Below are positions 8,384 through 17,350 of a stretch of 64,000 bases of DNA, piece after piece. The notes beneath the pieces were generated by a model. It saw nothing but the letters and a program-made list of their open reading frames with translations. It was not told the origin of the DNA and made no database searches. The DNA lies in IMG/VR virus record IMGVR_UViG_3300003465_000004, positions 7,170 to 71,169 of that record; one strand, given 5' to 3'. The stretch is from a virus (Duplodnaviria > Caudoviricetes). Positions within the stretch are counted from its first letter, which is position 1; each line of letters opens with the position of its first letter. A program made the position numbers and the translations under genes.

Positions 8384-8566
8384 CTATCTAGCATTCTTTT
8401 CCTTCAAAGACTCAAGATACTGACGTAACAGAATGATGTAGGCTTCCCTTTCGAACGGCATCATGCTTTCTATCGTGTCCAGCGGCATATTGTGCAGCTT
8501 GAACAGGTAGAAATTCATGGTGATGAAGTTCGCCAGAGTCTCATGACTCTGGCCTAGCCGAAAAAA
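8384..8566 (-). CDS. 51: gp51-like baseplate hub/tail assembly protein; no good own start, probably reached by -1 frameshift from gp26
   Basis: NFYLFKLHNMPLDTIESMMPFEREAYIILLRQYLE matches the cyanophage gp51 pattern. Confidence 0.8.
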   Translation of the reverse strand, partial: FFRLGQSHETLANFITMNFYLFKLHNMPLDTIESMMPFEREAYIILLRQYLESLKEKNAR

Positions 8567-9270
8567 TCCTGCAACCCTTTCAGTGTGATGGGTTCTTCGT
8601 ATCCGCATTTGTTGCACTGAAATGTGAAAGTATACTCCATGTGTGGCATCGTGTCGAAGAATACGCGCAGTTTGTCTACTTGCGCGACCGTGAGATTGTC
8701 CACGAACTCTTTGGCTTCTTCGACGTTCGTAACTTCATACACTGCGGTTGCGTCAGAAATCACCTTCTGCATCACAAGTTTGATGCAGTGCGGAAGCAAT
8801 TCAAGCAATTGGTCGGACTCGACGGTCGCTGTCGGATACTTCATCTGCACCGTAATCGAATCGGACAATGCAATCAGGTCTGTGTGTCCATCGGGCACGG
8901 TCAACTTGATATCGTCAATGTCGATATCCTTTTGAATCAACGCACCACACGTCTTTTGTTCTGTCGTAGACGCGACGGGATTCTGACACACCAATCGCAA
9001 TTCAATGATGTTGTTAACGGATTTCCCGCGAAGCTGTAGAAACAAATATTCCAAATCAAATGACGGTAGGGTATCCGCATTGATTTTATCAAACGTGCAG
9101 TTTCGAGCAATTTGACGAACGGCATTTTCAATTTCTTTCGGGTCATTGCCGTTCTGCGCCATCAGCAGTAACTTTTCTTCCTTCACCAAATAGGGACGAA
9201 ACCGGACCGGTTGTTTGACGCTGAATAGCTTTACTTCATATTCCGGAGCAATAATTTTTGGGAGACTCAT
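8554..9270 (-). CDS. 26: gp26-like baseplate hub/tail assembly chaperone
   Basis: MSLPKI..P.Y, FRPYLVKEEKLLLMA, FDLEYLFLQLRGKSV, MKYPT, LKGLQDFF. Confidence 0.92.
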   Translation of the reverse strand: MSLPKIIAPEYEVKLFSVKQPVRFRPYLVKEEKLLLMAQNGNDPKEIENAVRQIARNCTFDKINADTLPSFDLEYLFLQLRGKSVNNIIELRLVCQNPVASTTEQKTCGALIQKDIDIDDIKLTVPDGHTDLIALSDSITVQMKYPTATVESDQLLELLPHCIKLVMQKVISDATAVYEVTNVEEAKEFVDNLTVAQVDKLRVFFDTMPHMEYTFTFQCNKCGYEEPITLKGLQDFFG

Positions 9271-9821
9271 ATAACACCTTCATATTTTCTAATATATTCT
9301 TTACACCACATCAAAACATCTTTTACACGTTGTCCTGATGGGTGGTTAGACGACCACAATTCAAGATTGCCTTCGGAGTTATCGCTTCTGATACCATTTT
9401 TGTGATGAACTGTTTCACCTTTCAATAAAGGCCGTCCTAAACGACGTTCCATCACAACAATATGCTCTAAACGATATTTGCCTGGCGAAACGCGGATACG
9501 CACGTAACCATACGAATCAACAAAGCGTCCACCTTTCCAATTCGGGCTTTTTTCGCCGCAATTTTGACGATTGCGTTCCGCTGTTCTGTATCCTAGTTGT
9601 TTATTACGTTCTCGTAGAATATCCGAAAGAACACATCCACAGCTTTTGGAAATTCCACGCCGAATTACCCACCCTTTAACAATTTTCTCTGTACCACACG
9701 CACATTTACACAAAAATGCCGCTTGACCTTTAATACTTTCCACGCGATGTAAAACGTTCCATCTATAAAATGTTTGTCCCGTTAAATCAATGGCGCGCGT
9801 AGATGGTCTTCCTTTTATCAT
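9267..9821 (-). CDS. HNH homing endonuclease (family A, copy 1)
   Basis: DLTGQTF..CKCACG..SCGC..WKGG..EH.VME..LGRPL..ETVHHKNGIRSDN..NLELW. Confidence 0.88.
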   Translation of the reverse strand: MIKGRPSTRAIDLTGQTFYRWNVLHRVESIKGQAAFLCKCACGTEKIVKGWVIRRGISKSCGCVLSDILRERNKQLGYRTAERNRQNCGEKSPNWKGGRFVDSYGYVRIRVSPGKYRLEHIVVMERRLGRPLLKGETVHHKNGIRSDNSEGNLELWSSNHPSGQRVKDVLMWCKEYIRKYEGVI

Positions 9822-9823
9822 GT

Positions 9824-10498
9824 TTATATATTTATATCAACGGAGATGAGTGGAGGCGCTTCGAAAGGCAACATCGTCCAGTATGAATAGGTAAATGACA
9901 CCGGTAGCTGCACCATTTCATTTTCGCTGTTCCAATCTACTTGCACAGTATCGACCTTTGCCGGGTACGCTTTGTCAAAGCGATAGGATACGGTTGCATG
10001 TTTTTCTCTATCCCATTGCGTCAGATAGACAGTCGCGTAATATTCAGACGGGAAGCGGAAATCCAACCCGGATTCTGGACCTGCATAATTATTTTGAATG
10101 AAATTCTGCCAATAGTAGAAGAACCGCGGAACCGCATTGTCGTTGGAGACAAGCGGCATCAACAAATTTACGTCCAGTGACGTAAACTCCGAGTGCGTTG
10201 GAAACCGTTCTGTAATACCGTAGATGTTCAGGTTCGTTTGTTCAAAACTTCTGTCCGGAAGACGGGTAGACGAAACGAGCAAACCACGGCGCAACCAATC
10301 GGCAACCTGCGTCGAAGAAAACGTTCCATCAATACGACGGCCGATGTTCGGAAAGAACACATCCACAACTTGAATCAATTTGTTATCCGTCAAGATGGCA
10401 TCAAGCAACGTTGGCGGTGCGTAGATATGGCACGTAAACCGATTGGATTGCTGAAAACCGTAACGGAACTCGCGTAAAAACTGATTAAGATTGTGCAT
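9824..10498 (-). CDS. 54: Baseplate tail-tube initiator gp54 (gp19 paralog)
   Basis: SNRFTCHI, RFFYYWQN, YPAKVDTVQVDW, QLPVSFTYSYW; start trimmed to MHNL. Confidence 0.8.
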   Translation of the reverse strand: MHNLNQFLREFRYGFQQSNRFTCHIYAPPTLLDAILTDNKLIQVVDVFFPNIGRRIDGTFSSTQVADWLRRGLLVSSTRLPDRSFEQTNLNIYGITERFPTHSEFTSLDVNLLMPLVSNDNAVPRFFYYWQNFIQNNYAGPESGLDFRFPSEYYATVYLTQWDREKHATVSYRFDKAYPAKVDTVQVDWNSENEMVQLPVSFTYSYWTMLPFEAPPLISVDINI

Positions 10499-11145
10499 TA
10501 GCGAATCTTCTTGGCAGATTCTTGCCAAACGTAAGTCTTCGTTTCCTTTGCGAACGACTCAACAGGCAAAAAGAGCGCGATGTCCCATTCTCTCGCGCCG
10601 ACCTTCAGAAGCGGCGATTGAATATGCTTCGTCAGATAACGTTTGATGCAAGGACGGTACGCTTTGTATTTAGAAGTGACCTTGAGGATACCATACGTCA
10701 CGCGGAGACGCATGCGAATGTCCCGCACCGTTGGTCGCGAAGCGCGACCTTCGCGGAGCGGATAAAGCGCATCGAAGAAACGTGCGCGAAGATTGTAGTC
10801 CAGATAGTGAAAGTTCAGACCCAAAAAACCATCTTCATATTTGTGAATCACGAGTGTGAATGGGAATCGGTCGTAATAGGGAAGAGTTAATTTCAGCTTC
10901 GGGTCGTAATGGTAGAAATACAGAAATCCCGGCTCTGCGCGATTCGCACCAACGACCTGCTTCGTGAAATCATAGTTGACGTTAAGTTTGTTAAACGAAT
11001 TTGCGCCACGAAAACGATTCTGCCAGCGGGTCAAATCCGTCGCATAGTCCTTAAACCAGAAAAGTGCCCTTTGTTCTGCGGGCAGAAGACCTTTACTTTT
11101 GGTAACTTTCTGGCGCAATTCATCGAATATACGAACAGCAGGCAT
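10498..11145 (-). CDS. 2: DNA end protector gp2
   Basis: YDPKLKLTLPYYDRFP..FLGLNFHYL..CIKRYL..W.IALFLPVESF. Confidence 0.92.
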   Translation of the reverse strand: MPAVRIFDELRQKVTKSKGLLPAEQRALFWFKDYATDLTRWQNRFRGANSFNKLNVNYDFTKQVVGANRAEPGFLYFYHYDPKLKLTLPYYDRFPFTLVIHKYEDGFLGLNFHYLDYNLRARFFDALYPLREGRASRPTVRDIRMRLRVTYGILKVTSKYKAYRPCIKRYLTKHIQSPLLKVGAREWDIALFLPVESFAKETKTYVWQESAKKIR

Positions 11146-11175
11146 GTAGAAGTAGTTCCGAAACTAAATAGACGT

Positions 11176-11796
11176 ATGGAAACACACGCTTATGTTTATT
11201 GGGTCACATGGATGCGTCCCACCGGAGAGGCGCAGCATTACATTGGCTCCCGTAAATCCACCCAACCACCCGAAGATGATATTGGTATTCACTACTTTAC
11301 GTCTCAGGCAGAATTCCGACAAATATTTAGAGAACGACCCAGAAGCGAATTTCATGTATGGGTGGTGTCCACACACCCCACGTATGCCGAGGCCGCCGAT
11401 GCCGAAACTGCACTCATCAAGGAATTCCGTGCATGGGAGAATACCAAATTCTGGAATGCTGGCTACTTTGCTGAGGGGACGGCGAGAGTCTGCCGGGAAG
11501 CGTTGTTGGGGAAGAAACACACAGACGAGCACCGGCAGAAAATTCGCGTGTCCAATCGTGGAGTGAAGCGAGACGAAATCACCCGACGGCGGATGAGTGA
11601 AGCGGCATCCCGGCGATGGCAAGACCCCGAACAACGTAAAACGCTTCTACACTCGTTGAAGGGGGTTCGCAAACCCAAACGTACCGCCGAGCACCAAGAG
11701 AAAATCGCGGCGGCACATCGCGGAAGAACACACTCACCCGAGACGAAAGAAAGGATGCGGCAAGCGGCGTTGCGCCGTTGGGCTAAGACTTCTTGA
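11176..11796 (+). CDS. GIY-YIG homing endonuclease with NUMOD3 repeats, inverted between gp2 and gp4
   Basis: YVYW...HYIGSRK, E..LI, FWN; GKKHTDEHRQKI, KRDEITRRRMS, GRTHSPETKERM; CTAAATA at 11164-11170. Confidence 0.82.
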   Translation: METHAYVYWVTWMRPTGEAQHYIGSRKSTQPPEDDIGIHYFTSQAEFRQIFRERPRSEFHVWVVSTHPTYAEAADAETALIKEFRAWENTKFWNAGYFAEGTARVCREALLGKKHTDEHRQKIRVSNRGVKRDEITRRRMSEAASRRWQDPEQRKTLLHSLKGVRKPKRTAEHQEKIAAAHRGRTHSPETKERMRQAALRRWAKTS

Positions 11797-12220
11797 TTCC
11801 TAAATGTCGTTCCGTCAAGACCATAAAAGTCCATCCACGCGGCCGGCAATATTCCTCAGCAGCTTGCCATTTGGCTTGGTTTACGGCAACAGTTGCGACT
11901 TCGTTCAAATACTTCCGCGTCTTTTTGCGTGGGACGGGCATTACGGACTGCTTTTTGGGTTTTACTTCAATCAAAAAGGCTCGCTTCCCTGTTGACGACT
12001 GCACTTCCAAATAGAAATCCGGAAAATACCGGTGAATGCGTCCGTCTAGTGGAGAAACATAGGGAATAATCAATTCCTCAGACGCCCAGCGAAGCACTCC
12101 CGGTGTGGTGTCGCAGTAAACCATGAATCGCCGTTCCCATCCAGACCGGTAAATAATATTCGTCGCGTCACCGACATACTTTTCCGGATGCTGAGGTTTG
12201 AAACGTCCCTGATATGCCAT
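11783..12220 (-). CDS. 4: Head completion nuclease gp4
   Basis: YQGRFKP.HPEKY.GD..I.YRS.WE..FM.YCD..W.SEE..HRYFPDF..IEVKP. Confidence 0.95.
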   Translation of the reverse strand: MAYQGRFKPQHPEKYVGDATNIIYRSGWERRFMVYCDTTPGVLRWASEELIIPYVSPLDGRIHRYFPDFYLEVQSSTGKRAFLIEVKPKKQSVMPVPRKKTRKYLNEVATVAVNQAKWQAAEEYCRPRGWTFMVLTERHLGIKKS

Positions 12221-12256
12221 GCTCTAAATAGACCTCGAACCAGTTTTATTTAGAGC
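12221..12256. promoter_or_regulatory. Pair of face-to-face CTAAATA late promoters for gp48 (+) and gp4 (-)
   Basis: GCTCTAAATA (12221-12230) and TATTTAGAGC (12247-12256) form an inverted repeat. Confidence 0.7.
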
Positions 12257-12260
12257 ACTC

Positions 12261-13286
12261 ATGGTACACATTCCATTTCCAACTGCGGCGTGGCAAACAC
12301 TCCCGTATTTCCGTTATCCGGAGAATCTGACGTTCCCCCCATTTGACAAATGGATTAAGTTTGATGTTAAAAGTGGGCGGCATATCATTCGCAACGGGCT
12401 CGTAACAGAGGGGCCGGGACGGGCAGACCGGACGCTGGCCAGCGTCGGGCTCTACCTGTCACCCACCGCCCTGAAGACTTCCATTGAGGCAAAATACGAT
12501 AGTAACGATTTGGGACCGTTTTGGGGTGCTGCTGTAGAATTACTGGCTCAAACCGGCAAAAATCTTCTCAGCGCCAAGCCCAACTCTGTGCAGGAACGTT
12601 TGAGTACCGGGGCGAGCGAATTCTTGAACGTTGTGGAGAAAGTTAAGACTCTCGCAGACGGAGAAACATTCGGACAGGCAATGCTTCAGCAGGCAAAAGA
12701 AGCAATTCAGAGTTTCCTTTCGCAGAAAGCGGGTCTGCCGGAGCACGCGCTGGATATCGTGACGGGTCAAAAAACGAACCCAAAAACGGATATCTTTTTT
12801 GATAGTGTTGAGTATCGAACGCATGAATTGTCGTTCACGCTCATACCTCGGTCGAAGATTGAAGCGGTTGCAATTGACAACATCGTGCATCTCTTTCAAT
12901 TTTATATGTTGCCGTCATATCATACCTCTGAAGCCATGACGCAAGCAAAGGTAGGCGCGTTCCTCATTGGGTACCCGTATGAATTTGAAATTCAGTTCCT
13001 TGATGGACAGGGACAAGAACTCGGACATATCAACAAAATTGGTCGCTCGGTATTGACGAATGTTCAGGTAAATCATTCTGCGGGTGATAACGTAGCGTTC
13101 GTCAAAGACAATGGTGAATATTATCCCGTTGTCACAGAACTTAGTTTGTCGCTCCAAGAAGTTCGTCTACTTGGTCGCGATTCAAAAGAAATTGACCGAA
13201 AGAACTTCACAAAAGACTCGCGTGAAGACCCACGGACCTCCGTGTCGTATGGAAGAGAACTTGATATTTCAGGTAACGACCGCTAA
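12261..13286 (+). CDS. 48: Baseplate tail-tube cap gp48
   Basis: YFRYP, NPKTDIFF.SVEYRTHELSFTLIPRS..EA..I..I, YPYEFEI, VLTNVQVN, LSLQEV. Confidence 0.85.
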   Translation: MVHIPFPTAAWQTLPYFRYPENLTFPPFDKWIKFDVKSGRHIIRNGLVTEGPGRADRTLASVGLYLSPTALKTSIEAKYDSNDLGPFWGAAVELLAQTGKNLLSAKPNSVQERLSTGASEFLNVVEKVKTLADGETFGQAMLQQAKEAIQSFLSQKAGLPEHALDIVTGQKTNPKTDIFFDSVEYRTHELSFTLIPRSKIEAVAIDNIVHLFQFYMLPSYHTSEAMTQAKVGAFLIGYPYEFEIQFLDGQGQELGHINKIGRSVLTNVQVNHSAGDNVAFVKDNGEYYPVVTELSLSLQEVRLLGRDSKEIDRKNFTKDSREDPRTSVSYGRELDISGNDR

Positions 13287-13807
13287 TGAACTTCTTCAAA
13301 CACTTCCCACAGATGTTATATACGTTCAAGGACGGTGATTCTGAGTTCTCCTTGAACTTAACGAACCTGACGGTTCGTGTCATGCTGGCAGAACGGGTGA
13401 AGTCACATGTATCTGTCATTTACGACTATATCGTGCAGGACGGCGAACGTCCAGACAGCGTATCAGTCAAACTTTATGGTAGCTCAGAGTATACCTGGAT
13501 AATCCTTCTTTTAAACGATATCATGTCGCTGTTTGATTGGCCGCTAACAACGAAAGAATTCAACAGCTATATCATAGAGAAATATGGTTCCATCGCAGCG
13601 GCACAGTCGCAAACGATTTACCGTACGGTTGATGGATACGAAATTGACGGAACCTCGTGGGCAGCACTTCCGGCGGCCAAGCGCGGAACATCTATTACGA
13701 GTTTTGATAAAGAATACGACCTTAACGAACGCAAACGGCGCATTAAAGTGATTCCTGCAACGTTCGTCGGGCAACTCCAATCCCAACTTCAGTCTCTTTT
13801 GTCGTAA
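13286..13807 (+). CDS. 53: Baseplate wedge gp53
   Basis: FFKHFP, YIVQDGERPDSVS.KLYGSSEYTWIILLLN, E..LNE.KR.IKVI. Confidence 0.92.
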   Translation: MNFFKHFPQMLYTFKDGDSEFSLNLTNLTVRVMLAERVKSHVSVIYDYIVQDGERPDSVSVKLYGSSEYTWIILLLNDIMSLFDWPLTTKEFNSYIIEKYGSIAAAQSQTIYRTVDGYEIDGTSWAALPAAKRGTSITSFDKEYDLNERKRRIKVIPATFVGQLQSQLQSLLS

Positions 13808-15213
13808 TGGCACAACTTACGTACCCCCGTCAAGTTCGAATTCTCAAATGTGCGCTCTTGTCGCCGGGACTTCATCTCCGAGCGCAAAACGAACGGGACG
13901 CCCACATTCTGAGAAACTTTGGTTTCGACCTCACACCATACATTCAGCAAATCAATCTCTACGAAAGCATCTTTGACAACACAATGTCAGGAAGCCTTGT
14001 GCTCCTTGAAAATGTCGGACTTGTAGAATATATACCGATTGTTGGCGTGGAAACCATTGGAATTGTTTTTGAAGTGGATTACGGCAATTCAACGAAACAA
14101 TTTGCGCGCGCCTTCCGCGTTATCAAGCTTCATAACCAGACATATCCACGACATGATTACCGACGCTATACACTTGAACTTGCTACTCACGAATTCGTCA
14201 ACAGCATCTCAACACTCATCTCTCGGTCGTTTCAAAACATGACCTGCCGGGATGCGGTTGAACAAATTCTGACGAAGGATTTAGGAGTTACCAAAGACCG
14301 AATCAAAACTGGACAAAATACGTTCGGCACCGTTGATGTGGTTATTCCCAACTACACGCCCCTTCGAGCCATCAATTTCTTTTCAGTATTGGCGCAAACA
14401 ATCGAAGCCCCCCACGAAAGCAATTTCTTGTTCTTCGAAACACTTGACGGATTCCATTTCACCAGCATCAAGTCTCTCATTCAAGCAGGACATGACGTTC
14501 CTGAAACGTCGCTGAAGACATTCAATGTGGACCCGGGCGCAATGACAACTGCGCCCACAGTCGCAGACACCATTGCGATGAATGCCATTGTTCGCGTTCA
14601 TCAAGACCGTTCGTTTGACGTGCTTGAGGATATTGCGTCGGGAATGCTTCGCAGCCAAGTATGGCATTTTGATTTTCTGGCACGAAAAATCGAACCTGCG
14701 CAGTTCAAAGATTCCCGTTACACAGAATCCTTCAAGGAGACCACGCATCTTGATAAATTCCCGGTTTACCCAAACAACTACGATTTGACCGTGTCTAAAG
14801 ATGTCAGACTCTTTATCATTCCATCAAATGTCTGGTCGTCAAAATCTGCATATATTAAATCAAATGGAGAGTTGCCGGAACAGCGACTTCATGAGTCGGT
14901 AGTGTTGCGAAATCGGCAACTTCGAGAAATCCGTCATCTACAAACGCTCATTGATTTGCCGGGGCAACCAGATTTGCGTGCAGGGAGCGTTGTGCTCGTA
15001 AACTATCCAACCACGCGACTACTACAGAAAAGCGATTCAAACATCAACATGCCCGTTGAGTCGCGACCAACCCCCTACTACAGCGGGAAACATCTGGTCG
15101 CGTCTATCAATCATATTTTTACATCAACAGGCGGAGACGCATTGGAATATCGCATGAATCTTCGGGTCGTCCGCGATTCCTTGGGTGCTCCACTTATTGC
15201 AGGAGGTGAATAG
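13807..15213 (+). CDS. Baseplate hub protein (gp27-like position)
   Basis: IQQINLYESIF, LPIVG.E-like segment, FLFFETLDGFHFTSI, YYSGKHLVASINH; lies between gp53 and gp5. Confidence 0.75.
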   Translation: MAQLTYPRQVRILKCALLSPGLHLRAQNERDAHILRNFGFDLTPYIQQINLYESIFDNTMSGSLVLLENVGLVEYIPIVGVETIGIVFEVDYGNSTKQFARAFRVIKLHNQTYPRHDYRRYTLELATHEFVNSISTLISRSFQNMTCRDAVEQILTKDLGVTKDRIKTGQNTFGTVDVVIPNYTPLRAINFFSVLAQTIEAPHESNFLFFETLDGFHFTSIKSLIQAGHDVPETSLKTFNVDPGAMTTAPTVADTIAMNAIVRVHQDRSFDVLEDIASGMLRSQVWHFDFLARKIEPAQFKDSRYTESFKETTHLDKFPVYPNNYDLTVSKDVRLFIIPSNVWSSKSAYIKSNGELPEQRLHESVVLRNRQLREIRHLQTLIDLPGQPDLRAGSVVLVNYPTTRLLQKSDSNINMPVESRPTPYYSGKHLVASINHIFTSTGGDALEYRMNLRVVRDSLGAPLIAGGE

Positions 15214-15216
15214 ATT

Positions 15217-15531
15217 ATGATGCAACAACCATTGTCGTTTGAAATTGGAAAAGATGGTTTTATATGGTTTCTTGGTGTTATCGAAGACGTGAATAATGAT
15301 ATGCTTCGTGTTGGTCGGGCCAAAGTCCGCATTATTGGTTGGCACGAACCGGACAGGACCAAGCTTCCGACTGCAAAACTTCCGTGGGCGTATCCATTAC
15401 TCCCCATCACTCAAAGCACGAATGTGCCTAATTATAGGGCAGGAGATTGGGTCTTGGGGTTCTTCTTAGACGGCAAACTCGGACAACAACCAATACTTTT
15501 CGGCGTTCTTCCCGGTATTCCACAAAGGTAA
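15217..15531 (+). CDS. 5: gp5 N-terminal OB-fold domain (split gene, part 1)
   Basis: GKDGFIWFLGVIED..GRAKVRIIGWH..LPWA..GDWVLGFFLDG..QQPILFGVLPG. Confidence 0.88.
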   Translation: MMQQPLSFEIGKDGFIWFLGVIEDVNNDMLRVGRAKVRIIGWHEPDRTKLPTAKLPWAYPLLPITQSTNVPNYRAGDWVLGFFLDGKLGQQPILFGVLPGIPQR

Positions 15532-15676
15532 CATTGCAACGAGTAGAATGGTGTTAGATTTCTTTTCCACAATACAACCGTCTACGGTCGCTTCATTGTT
15601 CGGTTGGGCAGGGTTTCTGCTATTAGTAATCCCGCAAGAATAGCGGGATAGTGTATTTAATAACAGACAGTATTAA

Positions 15677-17350
15677 ATGTCAGACAACTTCGGATTCAAA
15701 GATTTACGCTCACCAGCAGAATTGCTGCTGGCCCCAAAGCGACCACTAGGTCGTCAGGTCATCAATCCGTCTGCGTTCAAGTTTGGTGGAGCAGTGACCG
15801 GAGCACTTCGGAGCAGTCTGGGTGCGGCATTGGACTTCAAGAAGACAATGCAAACGCTGTCTACGTCGTTAGCTACAGTGTTACGGCAATACGACGCAAC
15901 ACAACGAGCAATGACGCAAGGCGTTTACGTACCTCCGAATCCACTGTTATCCGTAAACGTCGGGTCGTTAGATGTTGGGAGTTTCTTCGTATTCTCGTCA
16001 CTTAAACCGGGTCAACCGCTTCCTGCGTCTTTCAAAGCACAAGTGGAACAACGGAAGCAGCAAATTCAGCAGCTTTCAAAAAGCGCAGCGTCTATCTTTA
16101 GTGGCAAATCACTTGCAGGTGTGCTGATACAGGAAGACACGGCACCGACGGCATATCCACGCAAGGACGAAATAGACAAACCAACATTTGCCCGCGTGGC
16201 CCAAGGTGTTGCGGATTCCATCGTAAAGGACAAAATTCGCTTTGCGGTTCGCGGCGTCCAGATTGGAGCAGGGAAACCGAGCATTTGGAGTCGCGTGTTG
16301 AACCAAGCGGCCGCAATGGCGCTGCCGAATTTGAATGCCACCGTCAACAGCATCTTCAAGGACCGCAAGAATCAGAGCACGTGGAGTGAACCACCGACTC
16401 CTTACGCCGCACAGTATCCCTATAACAAAGCACAGCAGACGGAAGCAGGACACCTCTTCGAACTGGACGATACTCCGGGCGCGGAGCGCGTTCATATCTT
16501 CCATCGTTCCGGCTCGTTTGTCGAAATGCACCCGAATGGCACAGTCGTCTACAAAAACATGAAAGACGGCTACGACATCACGATGTCCGACAAATTCGTG
16601 AAAGTCAATGGTAATTACCACATTGCTGTAGATGGCAAATGCACATTCTACGTCAAAGGGAACGTTGACATTCAGTCTGACGGCGACGTAAATATCAACG
16701 CGAAGAAAAACTTTAACGTCTACGCATCCAACATCAATCTTCGGGCGAAGACAAAATTCAAAGCAGACGGGAAACTTCTCGATTTGCGCTATGTCAAACT
16801 TCCGGGCATCCCCGTCGCTGCCTTCGGTGGTCTTGTTCCACGTTTGGACTTGAAAGCTATCAATTTGGACTTCCCGGGTGCTGCGGCGAGCGCCATCGCA
16901 ACGTCAGCGGCCGCGGCAAGCAAGGTTCCTATTTCACTTATCGGGAGTGCTTCCGGGGGAACTGCTGCAAATTTGACACTGCCTGGTGTTACATTGCCGT
17001 CAGAAACACCATTGTCTAATGCGCGGCTCTACGTGCAGAAAACCCCGGCAGCGATTGCATATCGTGGTCGCATGTTCGATACACCCGAAGAAACACAGGA
17101 CTATGAAATGTATGCAGGACACATCGAACTACAGAAGTCTTTGGGGGATACTACTGGCGAACCGCGGCTTGTTGGTGGGCGGTTGCGCGAGGTAGTTACC
17201 AATATTACCGAACCGGCGACAAAGCCAGCTATAGTGTATTTGGACTTCGAAAAGGACTACAAAGGAAAATTCAACTGGCCGGAGGATGTCACGCTCGGCG
17301 GAACGTCCTACACATTAAAAGAACTGGTCAATAGTTTGGAGAGAATGTGA
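15677..17350 (+). CDS. 5: gp5 C-terminal/spike portion (split gene, part 2)
   Basis: SEP.TPY...YPYNK...EAGH.FELDDTPGAERVH.FHRSGSFVE.HPNG followed by beta-helix repeats; no T4-lysozyme motif recognised. Confidence 0.85.
   Translation: MSDNFGFKDLRSPAELLLAPKRPLGRQVINPSAFKFGGAVTGALRSSLGAALDFKKTMQTLSTSLATVLRQYDATQRAMTQGVYVPPNPLLSVNVGSLDVGSFFVFSSLKPGQPLPASFKAQVEQRKQQIQQLSKSAASIFSGKSLAGVLIQEDTAPTAYPRKDEIDKPTFARVAQGVADSIVKDKIRFAVRGVQIGAGKPSIWSRVLNQAAAMALPNLNATVNSIFKDRKNQSTWSEPPTPYAAQYPYNKAQQTEAGHLFELDDTPGAERVHIFHRSGSFVEMHPNGTVVYKNMKDGYDITMSDKFVKVNGNYHIAVDGKCTFYVKGNVDIQSDGDVNINAKKNFNVYASNINLRAKTKFKADGKLLDLRYVKLPGIPVAAFGGLVPRLDLKAINLDFPGAAASAIATSAAAASKVPISLIGSASGGTAANLTLPGVTLPSETPLSNARLYVQKTPAAIAYRGRMFDTPEETQDYEMYAGHIELQKSLGDTTGEPRLVGGRLREVVTNITEPATKPAIVYLDFEKDYKGKFNWPEDVTLGGTSYTLKELVNSLERM

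Noticed and set aside
15532-15676. Group I intron splitting gp5
   Set aside because: At 145 nt it is short, and I could not find P7/catalytic core sequences or a convincing P1. It is kept only as an unexplained spacer.
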